A stretch of 64,000 nt of DNA from an uncultured Armatimonadetes bacterium (GTDB lineage Bacteria > Armatimonadota > UBA5829 > DTJY01), in the NCBI GenBank assembly GCA_963717145.1, contig OY970325.1, positions 3,584,001 through 3,648,000 on the forward strand, given 5' to 3'. Every line of letters begins with the position of its first letter. Within the stretch, counting starts at the first letter, position 1. The notes under the pieces were generated by a model that worked only from the letters and a program-made list of their open reading frames with translations, did not search any database and was not told where the DNA came from. A program made the position numbers and the translations under genes. This document shows positions 9,385 through 17,230 of the stretch, one piece after another.

Positions 9385-9699
9385 CTACGCCGCCTTCTGA
9401 CGGACGAGCACGTGCTCGATCAGGAAGTTGATCGTGCTGTCCGGCAGCCAGTCCCCGAGGAGCTTGTACAGCTCCGACTTGGCCCACGTGCGGACGTTCT
9501 CACGCTTCTCCTCGTCTGTCTTGTCCTTCATGCTCTCAGCGGCCTCAATGCCCTCGATGATGACTTCGATGACCTCCGCATTGTCGATGAGGAGGGCAAC
9601 CGGCTTCGGGACGCGCAGCTTGTTCCTCTTCCTGCCGAAGACATACGAGAGAATCGGCAGGATATACGGTATGATCTGCCAGATGTTGTTCTTGCTCAT
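9385..9699 (-). CDS. Putative holin-like protein
   Basis: One N-terminal hydrophobic segment, charged C-terminal helices, directly upstream of the endolysin. Confidence 0.5.
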   Translation of the reverse strand: MSKNNIWQIIPYILPILSYVFGRKRNKLRVPKPVALLIDNAEVIEVIIEGIEAAESMKDKTDEEKRENVRTWAKSELYKLLGDWLPDSTINFLIEHVLVRQKAA

Positions 9700-9745
9700 A
9701 GAGAATGCTCCTTTCTTGATTCCATAGCTCCTGCGACTATCACAG

Positions 9746-9843
9746 ATGTAGTGGCCGTGCCTCTGTGCCGGCCATCGGGGTGGTCAAGCCGGCACGGAGG
9801 CACGGCCATTCCGATGGCCGGCACAGAGGCACGGCCACTACAT
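9746..9843. repeat. GTAG-type REP-like inverted repeat
   Basis: TGTAGTGGCCGTGCCTCTGTGCCGGCCAT arm and reverse complement; related copies at 10615-10680 and 13902-13927. Confidence 0.85.
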
Positions 9844-9845
9844 GC

Positions 9846-10151
9846 CTATACCAACACGATGAACTGCGAGATCTCCTCGTCCTCGAACCGGCGCTTGACC
9901 AGCTTCTTCACGGCATAGGTCCGCCCGTCGAGAGCGACCGTGTCGTTCACCGCCACGGACGTACCCGCAGGTATGAGAGCGATCAGCGCCGGCCGATCGA
10001 ACGTATCCTGTTCGACGTCATCGAAATAGATGTGCATGCGGTTCTTGTCGAGCAACATGAATATCCCTTTGGCCGACGTGGTTCCGTTTATCAGAAACGA
10101 CTGTCCGATCCGGTCGAAGACCGTATCTACTCGCGCCTTCAATCTGCTCAT
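9846..10151 (-). CDS. Putative phage head-closure/joining protein
   Basis: 101 aa, D.V..DGRTY.V beta-barrel motif, position after connector. Confidence 0.55.
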   Translation of the reverse strand: MSRLKARVDTVFDRIGQSFLINGTTSAKGIFMLLDKNRMHIYFDDVEQDTFDRPALIALIPAGTSVAVNDTVALDGRTYAVKKLVKRRFEDEEISQFIVLV

Positions 10152-10153
10152 GG

Positions 10154-10588
10154 TTACCAGCCCTTCATGCTGTCGCTTGTGAACGTCCGATCCACGCCCA
10201 ACGTAGTGCTCGCTATGCCGGTATCGTCCTCCGTACCGGCGATCTTCTGGTATGGCCTCAGGCGCTCTGTTCCCTGAGCCGCGAGCGCGATACCGTAGTC
10301 CTTGCGAGCACCGATCGTGATACCGCCCGCGGAGAGGTTCTCGGAAGCTCCTGCCTCGCGGTTGAGCTGCTGCAGGAATTCTCCGCTGACGATCTCCAGT
10401 ATGCCGAGCTTGAGGGTCGCCTGAAGCTTCGCGTTTCCGGTATCGCTCAGGTACTCATCGGCGAGAGTGTACTCGATGGACGGCTGCATCTCGCTGATCA
10501 GCGCGTCTATGTCCGAATCGTAAGTGGTGTCGGCGGTCGGGATCATGCTCTTGCGCTTGATCTCCGCCCGCGTGATCGTAATCGCCAT
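10154..10588 (-). CDS. Putative phage head-tail connector-like protein
   Basis: T..EIK...I...DT..D..I..LI N-terminus and A...L.PY motif typical of connector proteins. Confidence 0.6.
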   Translation of the reverse strand: MAITITRAEIKRKSMIPTADTTYDSDIDALISEMQPSIEYTLADEYLSDTGNAKLQATLKLGILEIVSGEFLQQLNREAGASENLSAGGITIGARKDYGIALAAQGTERLRPYQKIAGTEDDTGIASTTLGVDRTFTSDSMKGW

Positions 10589-10614
10589 CTGTCTTCCTCC
10601 TGCCCCAAGTCAGT

Positions 10615-10680
10615 GTAGTGGCCGTGCCTCAGTGCCGGCCCCGCCACCCCAAATGGCCGGCACTGAGGCACGGCCACTAC
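10615..10680. repeat. GTAG-type REP-like inverted repeat
   Basis: GTAGTGGCCGTGCCTCAGTGCCGGCC...GGCCGGCACTGAGGCACGGCCACTAC. Confidence 0.85.
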
Positions 10681-10688
10681 GGAGCTGT

Positions 10689-11036
10689 TCAACTCGCGTC
10701 GGCAACGTACACGTAGGCCTCGGCGCCGCTGCCCGTAATGGTGATCGTCAGGTCCGCCGAACACGCCAACGGAAGCGGAAGAAATGCCGACTGTGACGAT
10801 CCCGCCGGTGACTTCAGCCTGAGTACCTGATCGGCGCCGCACTCCACCAGGACAGCGGACCCCTCCATCGAGGACACCGCCACAACGCCCACCAATCGGC
10901 ACGGCCCGGTAAGAATCGTCTGACTTGCAGAGACCTTGTAGCTTCGGCACTCCTCCTGAGACACAAGCAGGCCACCCTGTGCGCTGGCGAGTATTTCGCG
11001 CGACTGCTTCGTCGTCTTGTTCGATGCTGTGAGCAT
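10689..11036 (-). CDS. Phage-cluster hypothetical protein (115 aa), paralog of 8493-8840
   Basis: MLTASNKTTKQSREI after GGAGG RBS. Confidence 0.7.
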   Translation of the reverse strand: MLTASNKTTKQSREILASAQGGLLVSQEECRSYKVSASQTILTGPCRLVGVVAVSSMEGSAVLVECGADQVLRLKSPAGSSQSAFLPLPLACSADLTITITGSGAEAYVYVADAS

Positions 11037-11059
11037 GTGTTTCCCTCCTGGAAGAAGCG

Positions 11060-11208
11060 AGTGGGGGATGGGGGAAATGGTCAATGGGAAATGGCTGGTT
11101 GATGCTGCGGGAATGCTTTTCTTTCCCGCAGCCGGGGGTACGCTGCGGGAAAGAAAAGCATTCCCGCAGCATCAACCATCAACCATCAACCATTTCCCCT
11201 CATTCCCC
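11060..11208. repeat. Inverted heptamer-array element enclosing a long hairpin
   Basis: ATGG-based units, central GCTGCGGGAATGCTTTTCTTTCCCGCAGC inverted pair, CAACCAT units. Confidence 0.85.
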
Positions 11209-11210
11209 GA

Positions 11211-12116
11211 CTAGGCTACCTGGCTGCCGTATGCGAACTGCCAGAGCCCGTAGCCGACGTTGTACCGGGCCCGCACGCCATAGACGAACTGGTCGCGCAT
11301 GAACCCGTTCTCCGAGTTGCCCTCGAGAGCTGCGAACTCGACCGGAATCCTGGACTGGAAGATCACCGGCTTGATGATCCGCCTTGTACTGAGCAGGAAC
11401 CAGTCGTTCGCATCGCTCAGGTACGGACTCACGACCAGGTCGAGCGCGTTCCGAAGCACGTTCCGGCGGGTATCGGTCTTTCCGCTCGCCGTGTCGGGAG
11501 CATACAGAGACTCCAGCAGTTCCATCGCCGTCCACTTCAGGTCCGGCGGAACGACGAGCGTGTCCGGTACGACGCCCATGATCTTGCCCTTGTCGTCCTT
11601 GAACTTGGACATGGACGTCATCGCCGTCTGAAGTGAGGTGGCGGACAGGGCGGTAGTGCCCTTGTTCGACTGGGTCCCGGACTCGCCCTCGCTGTGGTCG
11701 GTGTCGAAGTAGTACTGACCGTCATAGCAGAGGCTCGCGAACCCGTCGCGGATGAGGCCGAACACCAGTTCATCCTGATGGCGGCGGGCCTCGTCGGCCA
11801 GGCTCTGTACCCGAAGCTTGATCTGACCGTACTGATCGTCCTCAAGTGCGGCCCGATCGACGGCGATCGAGGACTCCCACGTCTTGTTGACGATCGAGTA
11901 GCTGTGCTCCAGAAGCCCGGCGGGCACTCGCTCATCCTTGAACTCGCGCATCTTCGGCACAGCGCCGAGCCAGGGGTACTTCTCGGTGTCGTGCTCGGAC
12001 GGGACGACTGTCGAGATCCTCTCCCAGTCGCCGGACGCCGCTTCATAGGCGTCGAAGAAGACGGCGCGCAGCCCCGCCTCCAGCAGATTCGGAATGTCTG
12101 ACTTCACAATCGGCAT
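11211..12116 (-). CDS. Mu-like major capsid protein (gpT family)
   Basis: VPS....E.Y.WLG..P.MRE, N..WE..I.V.R...EDD.YG, CYDGQ.FFDTDH, YGVRARYN.GYG.WQ.AYGS motifs. Confidence 0.92.
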   Translation of the reverse strand: MPIVKSDIPNLLEAGLRAVFFDAYEAASGDWERISTVVPSEHDTEKYPWLGAVPKMREFKDERVPAGLLEHSYSIVNKTWESSIAVDRAALEDDQYGQIKLRVQSLADEARRHQDELVFGLIRDGFASLCYDGQYYFDTDHSEGESGTQSNKGTTALSATSLQTAMTSMSKFKDDKGKIMGVVPDTLVVPPDLKWTAMELLESLYAPDTASGKTDTRRNVLRNALDLVVSPYLSDANDWFLLSTRRIIKPVIFQSRIPVEFAALEGNSENGFMRDQFVYGVRARYNVGYGLWQFAYGSQVA

Positions 12117-12214
12117 TGGTGTCTCCTTTCAGAATGGTTGATGGGGAGATGGTTAATGGCTAATGGCGGAATGGCTGATGCAGACCGGCCTGCCATCAAC
12201 CATGAACCATCAAT

Positions 12215-13286
12215 TGTCAAGTCCCACCACGTTGTGAACGGTAGTTCAGTAAGTCGGTAGGCTCTTTGATAAACAGATCTGGTCTTTGCGCGTACCAATC
12301 GCAGACCTTCTCATAGGGTGTCTTGCCACCGATCGCGCTGTGCTGTCTCCTTAGATTGTAGATGGTCAGCCACTGGTGGAGTCCATCTATCAACTCCGGA
12401 TATCCAGGATATCTGTGCATCTTGTACGTGCCCTCCTGGATCAGTCCGTTCATGCGTTCCACCAGACCGTTGGTCTTTGGTGTATACGGCCGGGTGAGCC
12501 TGTGTTCAATACCACAGGCTGAGCATACTTCATCAAAGAAGTGAGGTCTCTTCGCCGGACTGCCCCAACGGCTCCAATTGGCCAGAGTGAACTCTCTACC
12601 GTTGTCTGTCAGGATCTTGTGGATCATGAACGGATAGAACCACATGCACAGTCCAAGGAAGCCCACTGCGGATTCCTTGGTTAGGTTGTCGTACACCTGG
12701 AGGAAGGCTAGCCTTGTTGCTCTGTCTACCGCAACGAAGCAATACTTCCTCTTGCCCCCGATCTTGGGCAGGTAGAAACAGTCTATGTGAAGGTATCCAG
12801 GCAGATACTCTTTGAACTTGCCTGGACTTTCTCTCTTTTCTTTTTGGTACTGGGGGAGTCTGCTCACCCCTTTTCTGCTCAGTAAGCGATGTATACTGGC
12901 GCGTTCTGCATTCGGCAGAACTGTGACTACTGCACGCACCAGTGCATCGAGTGCTAGACCTTTGTCCCGGAGCGAGAGGATGATCTCCTCCTCTTCGGGG
13001 CTGAATGCATAATGGATCTTCCTGGGCCGACTGCTGCGGTCTTGCTGGTCACCCCGGGCCTTCCATTTGCAGACTGTTGCCGGCGATACATGGCAGATAT
13101 CTGCGAGCTTTCTGCAGCTCTTGGGACTCTGCCTGAAAAACCGCCGTTGCTTCATATTGCTGGTTGCGTTAGAATGGATCTGCATGCGAGTGGTCTCCTT
13201 TTTTGGTTTGGCGATCATCAAAGAGACTACCGCATGCACCTCCTTCTTTTCAACCCACGGTGTTCATAATGTCATGAGACTGGACA
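12215..13286 (-). mobile_element. IS481-family element, intact copy
   Basis: TGT...ACA ends (TGTCAAGTCCCA / TGTCCAGTCTCA), single rve transposase. Confidence 0.92.
12217..13185 (-). CDS. IS481-family transposase
   Basis: MQIHSNA start, DRSSRP, PGYLHID, TDNGREF, P.TNG.VER DDE motifs. Confidence 0.92.
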   Translation of the reverse strand: MQIHSNATSNMKQRRFFRQSPKSCRKLADICHVSPATVCKWKARGDQQDRSSRPRKIHYAFSPEEEEIILSLRDKGLALDALVRAVVTVLPNAERASIHRLLSRKGVSRLPQYQKEKRESPGKFKEYLPGYLHIDCFYLPKIGGKRKYCFVAVDRATRLAFLQVYDNLTKESAVGFLGLCMWFYPFMIHKILTDNGREFTLANWSRWGSPAKRPHFFDEVCSACGIEHRLTRPYTPKTNGLVERMNGLIQEGTYKMHRYPGYPELIDGLHQWLTIYNLRRQHSAIGGKTPYEKVCDWYAQRPDLFIKEPTDLLNYRSQRGGT

Positions 13287-13309
13287 ATAAACCATCAACC
13301 ATGCATCCC

Positions 13310-13732
13310 CTACCGTGCGTATCCGTCGATCCGGATGCGGACCTGGGTGGCGCTGACGATCTCGGCGATGACGCCGCACTTCACGTCGTTGGTCGTGGCG
13401 GTCGCGTCGTCATCGACGGTCTGATTGTCGACGATGTAGACCTCCTTGCCGACGACCGCCTGAGCGGCATCCCCACCATTGTATGCGAACGTATGTTCGC
13501 CTGTTTTTTCGATGCGGATCTCCTTCGCGCCGGCTGACCCGGCGGAGTTGTCCACCATCTCGTAGCTCACACCGGCGAACAGGAAGCTCGCCGTGTCCGC
13601 TCCGTTCGTGACGTGCCCGCTCGTGTTGATGCATGCCAGTACCCCCTTCGGGATCTTGACGTTCGACATCTTCATCGACTTCAGCTTGCCGTCACTGCGT
13701 TTCGTGTCTCTGTCCGTAGTTGTCGCTGCCAT
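13310..13732 (-). CDS. Mu-like capsid cement/decoration protein (DUF2190-like)
   Basis: T.DR.T, AGV..E.VDN..G.AG, G..VY..D.QTV motifs; lies between scaffold and major capsid. Confidence 0.75.
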   Translation of the reverse strand: MAATTTDRDTKRSDGKLKSMKMSNVKIPKGVLACINTSGHVTNGADTASFLFAGVSYEMVDNSAGSAGAKEIRIEKTGEHTFAYNGGDAAQAVVGKEVYIVDNQTVDDDATATTNDVKCGVIAEIVSATQVRIRIDGYAR

Positions 13733-13757
13733 TGTCACTCACCTTTCTGCATAATGA

Positions 13758-13835
13758 GGGAATGGTTCATGGTCTATGGTTGATGAAAGACCGGCTGCCA
13801 TTAGCCATCAACCATTCCCCACTAACCATTTCCCC
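13758..13835. repeat. Inverted heptamer-array element
   Basis: GGGAATGGTTCATGGTCTATGGTTGATG...CCATTAGCCATCAACCATTCCCC; its end overlaps the stop of the upstream ORF. Confidence 0.88.
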
Positions 13836-15759
13836 TGTGCTTCTCGACTTGCTCGCGGCTGATGCCGAGCTTGGAGAGAAGCTCTTCCTCCTCGGCCGAG
13901 AGTAGTGGCCGTGGCTCAGTCCCGGCCTTCCCCGGAGTCAGCTCCGAGAACTCGATCACCTTCGGCTGGGTCTCCAGGAACTGCAGGAACAGCTCGCCGA
14001 CCGTCGCCTCGCCGTCGGAGAACTTCACGACCTGATCGCCCTGAAGCAGGATCTCTCGCGCGAACGACTCCGACGCCGGCACGATCTTTCCATTCGACTT
14101 CAAGGCCGCCATCCGGGCATCGACGTCCTTCTCCCGAAGCGCGAACTTCAGGTCTGCGATCTCTCGGTCTTTGTCATCTGTGCTCATGCTCTGGTTCACC
14201 TCCCCTCTCGAATGCGGAATTGCGAATGCGGGATTCGGAATGGGTCTGCTCTCCGCGTCCCCGCCTCCCTCCGTCCCCGCGTCTCTGAACATAGTCGCCG
14301 CCGCCACCCTGGGGCTGAGCACCAGGGAGACCTCGGCGAGCCGGAGCGGGTCCTTCAGCAGGCCCACGCTCAGCCGCTTGATGCCCCGGCGCTCCAGGAA
14401 GCTCATCAGGTCTTGCGGAAACGCCAGGGTCGCGAACAGCTCCCTGCCCGTGCGCCAGATCCGCTTCACCGTGCCGACTGCCGGGATGCCGAGATACCCC
14501 CGGATCCACGGCTCGGTCGGCTCGACTACGCGGCCGTCGATCAGCTTCGTGATCAGCCCGCCGAGCAGCTCCAGGTCCTTCTCCTCCAGGCTCCCGAGAA
14601 CGAATCTGGGAATGGACGATGGCTGATGGTTCATGGTTGATGGGACGGCCGGAGTCCGCCCGTTAACCATTCCCCAGTTGATTTCCACCAGCCGGCGGAT
14701 GAGTTGCTCGCGCATGACCGTCTCCTCCAGGTCCCGCTTCAGCCGCTCGAGGTAGAAGCGGAGCACGTCCATGTGCACCTTCGCGAGTGCGACCGACCCG
14801 ACCCGCGACCCTTCATCGCTCGTCAGCGTCTGGCCGAGAATCGCCTTGGCGATCTGTTTGTTGTGGTAGTCGATCGCCGTGATGTATCCCGCATCCCCGC
14901 TCCTCCGGGCCTCGAGCAGCTCGACCGTCACGTCCTCGGGAACGACCAGCGCCGACTCCTGCTGGATCTTGTCGAGCACGCGGAGCAGATCGTCCTGCTG
15001 ATCCTTCGGCACTCCGCGCTTGTACGTGCCCTTGGCGGTCGGCATCCCGAACTTCTCCATATAGAGGTTCCAGAACTTCACGATCGCCTCTTTGCTCCAC
15101 CAGTGCTTGTACGCCGCCCGAAGGTCCGACTGCCCGTGGGGAAGCTCGTAGACCGGCATGTGCGTATACACGATGAACTTCTCCGCCGGCAAACCACTAC
15201 GTTGGGGCACTCCACAGTGTTGGTGCTGGAGTTGCACTCCAGCCCCCCTGTGCGTCAGTCCCCGCACGTTCAGGAACTCGTCCATGTCGAAGCCGAAATC
15301 CGCCGGGTCCTTCGACTTGATGCTCGCCAGCCCGATCATCCCGTCGAACGGGCCGCCCTCGATCGGCTTGTAGTTGATCTCGCAGACCGAGAAGCCCTTC
15401 GCGATCGCATCGAGCACCTTGAAGAGCATCTCCTGCACCGAGCCCTTCATGTCGTTCAGGCAGAACTCGATGAACTGCGCGATGCGGACGTCCTCCGGCG
15501 AATCGGACGCCGGCTGGATGCTCCAGCCCTTCGCGAGGACCGCGAACTTCTTGGTGTTCAGACACGATCGCACCTGGGCGTCGTTCTGCATCTCGTCATA
15601 GACCGCGAACCCCCTGCGGCTGACCAGGTCGTCCGGCGAATACGCAGCGAGACGGAACGCGCCGCTCATCAGGCTCGACCTCGCGACCGCGACCTCGTCC
15701 ATCGCCGGCGTCTTCCGCCCGAAACGCCCAAGGATTCTCTCCGCAATCGATGTTGCCAT
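13822..15759 (-). CDS. Mu gp29/DUF935-like portal fused in frame to a truncated prohead protease and scaffold
   Basis: Y.EM..D..V, A..GFSV.EI, W....EKFG.P, I.KAILGQTLTS, VH portal motifs; then GTVKRIW...LSVGL...EVSLV..PRV and GKIVPA...F scaffold; GGAGG RBS before ATG 15759. Confidence 0.85.
   Translation of the reverse strand: MATSIAERILGRFGRKTPAMDEVAVARSSLMSGAFRLAAYSPDDLVSRRGFAVYDEMQNDAQVRSCLNTKKFAVLAKGWSIQPASDSPEDVRIAQFIEFCLNDMKGSVQEMLFKVLDAIAKGFSVCEINYKPIEGGPFDGMIGLASIKSKDPADFGFDMDEFLNVRGLTHRGAGVQLQHQHCGVPQRSGLPAEKFIVYTHMPVYELPHGQSDLRAAYKHWWSKEAIVKFWNLYMEKFGMPTAKGTYKRGVPKDQQDDLLRVLDKIQQESALVVPEDVTVELLEARRSGDAGYITAIDYHNKQIAKAILGQTLTSDEGSRVGSVALAKVHMDVLRFYLERLKRDLEETVMREQLIRRLVEINWGMVNGRTPAVPSTMNHQPSSIPRFVLGSLEEKDLELLGGLITKLIDGRVVEPTEPWIRGYLGIPAVGTVKRIWRTGRELFATLAFPQDLMSFLERRGIKRLSVGLLKDPLRLAEVSLVLSPRVAAATMFRDAGTEGGGDAESRPIPNPAFAIPHSRGEVNQSMSTDDKDREIADLKFALREKDVDARMAALKSNGKIVPASESFAREILLQGDQVVKFSDGEATVGELFLQFLETQPKVIEFSELTPGKAGTEPRPLLSAEEEELLSKLGISREQVEKHRGNG
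14608..14675. repeat. Inverted heptamer-array element in frame within portal
   Basis: Encodes WGMVNGRTPAVPSTMNHQPSSIP. Confidence 0.85.
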
Positions 15760-15842
15760 CCCCCACCTCCTACTCCTACTCATACTCATACTCATACTCA
15801 TACTCTGATCCTGATCCTGCCCCGTTTTCGTGGACAGATCAC

Positions 15843-16712
15843 CTAGGCCGCTCGTTCGAGAGCGGCCGCCTCGAAATCGGCGGGACTCCGATAGCCGAGG
15901 CTCGAGTGGAGTCGCTGTCGATTGTAGAACACTTCGATGTACTCGAAGATATCAGATCTCGCTTCCTCTCGTGAGGAGTATGTTCGATGATGTATCAGCT
16001 CGGCCTTAAGCGTCGCAAAGAAGCTCTCCATCGGGGCGTTGTCATAGCAATCCCCGGCGCCGCTCATGCTGGCTCGAATTTCGTAGGCTTCGAGAAGCCT
16101 ACGAAATTCGCCGCTCGCGTACTGACACCCTCGATCCGAATGATGGATGACTTCACCGACCGGTCTTCTGTTCTTGTATGCCATCCTGAGCGCCTCACTT
16201 GCGAGCACACTCCCAAGCGTCTCTTTCATCGACCAGCCCACTATCTGGCGCGAGTAAAGATCCATCACCGCCGAAAGATAGAGCCAACCCTCACGGGTAT
16301 GCACATACGTTATGTCGCTTACCCAGACACTGTTCGGTCTGGCTACCTCGAAGTTTCTCTTGAGCAGATTCGCCGCCACAGGCTGGTTGTGCCTGGAGTT
16401 AGTCGTAACACGGAACTTCCGCTTCTGTCTTGCGCGGATTCCGTTTGCTGTCATGAGCCTGGCCACACGGCCTCTGCTGCAGGTCTCACCCGCCTGCCGA
16501 AGCCGTATGTGAACCCTCGGGCTACCGTAGGTGTCTCTGCTCTCGGCGTGGACCTCCCTGATCCGTGTGAGCAGCTTCTCGTTCTTCCTGGCGCGATCGC
16601 TTTCGGGACGCCCCTGCCACGCGTAGTAGCCGCTCCGGCTCACACCGAGCACCCCGCAGATCGTCCCGATCCTGAAGCGACCGTCTTGAGCAGCGATGAA
16701 GGCGTACTTCAC
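15843..16712 (-). CDS. IS3 transposase OrfB
   Basis: SRSGYY, YG.PR, WVSDITY, HHSDRG.QY, DNA.MESFF..LK.E. Confidence 0.93.
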   Translation of the reverse strand: MKYAFIAAQDGRFRIGTICGVLGVSRSGYYAWQGRPESDRARKNEKLLTRIREVHAESRDTYGSPRVHIRLRQAGETCSRGRVARLMTANGIRARQKRKFRVTTNSRHNQPVAANLLKRNFEVARPNSVWVSDITYVHTREGWLYLSAVMDLYSRQIVGWSMKETLGSVLASEALRMAYKNRRPVGEVIHHSDRGCQYASGEFRRLLEAYEIRASMSGAGDCYDNAPMESFFATLKAELIHHRTYSSREEARSDIFEYIEVFYNRQRLHSSLGYRSPADFEAAALERAA

Positions 16713-16990
16713 TGCTGCTCCCTCGCAAAGTACGCCGCCGCTTTTTTTAATATGTCTCTCTCCTCTCGGAGGAGATCGTTCTCCTTGCGGAGACGCTTCA
16801 CTTCGTCCTCAAGGGACTCTCTCTTCCTGGGATCGATCTCTCCCAGGCTCTCCTTGTACTTCCTGATCCAGGCGTCCAGGCTGTTGATGTTGACTCCCAG
16901 TTCCTTTGCGATCCGAGCTTTGCTCGCCCTGCCGGAAAAAGCCAACTTCACCGCCTCCGCCTTGAAGCTTTCTGAATACTGCCTCTTCAT
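16709..16990 (-). CDS. IS3 transposase OrfA
   Basis: YSESFK.EAV HTH, ERDILKKAAAYF, with TTAAAAAAAG near the orfA/orfB overlap. Confidence 0.92.
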   Translation of the reverse strand: MKRQYSESFKAEAVKLAFSGRASKARIAKELGVNINSLDAWIRKYKESLGEIDPRKRESLEDEVKRLRKENDLLREERDILKKAAAYFAREQQ

Positions 16991-17058
16991 CTTGGGTCAC
17001 CTCATCTCTTATTATCCGGTGCCCACTAATTCGAGGCAAGATCACTCATACTCAATTC

Positions 17059-17072
17059 CGAACATATGTTCG
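17059..17072. promoter_or_regulatory. LexA (SOS) box upstream of the phage head operon
   Basis: Perfect CGAACATATGTTCG next to a TTGGCA -35-like hexamer on the minus strand. Confidence 0.7.
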
Positions 17073-17086
17073 CCTGCCAACCCACC

Positions 17087-17128
17087 AAAAAAGGGCCGGT
17101 ATCCCACAACATGGGTCGCCGGCCCTTC
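17087..17128 (-). terminator. Intrinsic terminator downstream of PEP-CTERM gene
   Basis: AAGGGCCGG...CCGGCCCTT stem followed by T-run on minus strand. Confidence 0.65.
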
Positions 17129-17230
17129 CATCATTCGCCTGCCTTCAGCAGTCTTCAGTCCGAAATCTCGCTCCCATATATGTAGCCCGCGAGGAGGCCC
17201 AAAAAGAATGAACGAGCCGTGAACTTTCCT

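Larger units (their letters stand above)
12132..13310. repeat. Inverted heptamer-array element split by IS481 (12132-12214 and 13287-13310)
   Basis: CATGAAC CATCAAT before and ATAAAC CATCAAC after the IS. Confidence 0.8.
15812..17044 (-). mobile_element. IS3-family element
   Basis: TIRs TGATCCTGCCCCGTTTTCGTGGACA / TGATCTTGCCTCGAATTAGTGGGCA; orfA/orfB; extra TGATCC at 15806-15811; probable CTC duplication. Confidence 0.92.
15766..17054. repeat. (TACTCA)n hexamer array split by IS3
   Basis: TACTCC TACTCA TACTCA TACTCA TACTCA TACTC before the IS and CTCATACTCA after it. Confidence 0.75.

Noticed and set aside
8493-15759. Intact inducible prophage
   Set aside because: No integrase/transposase, terminase, tail, replication genes or att sites visible
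15759-15801. MSMSMSMSRSRR N-terminal extension of the portal
   Set aside because: Translation of the TACTCA hexamer array; the RBS supports a start at 15759
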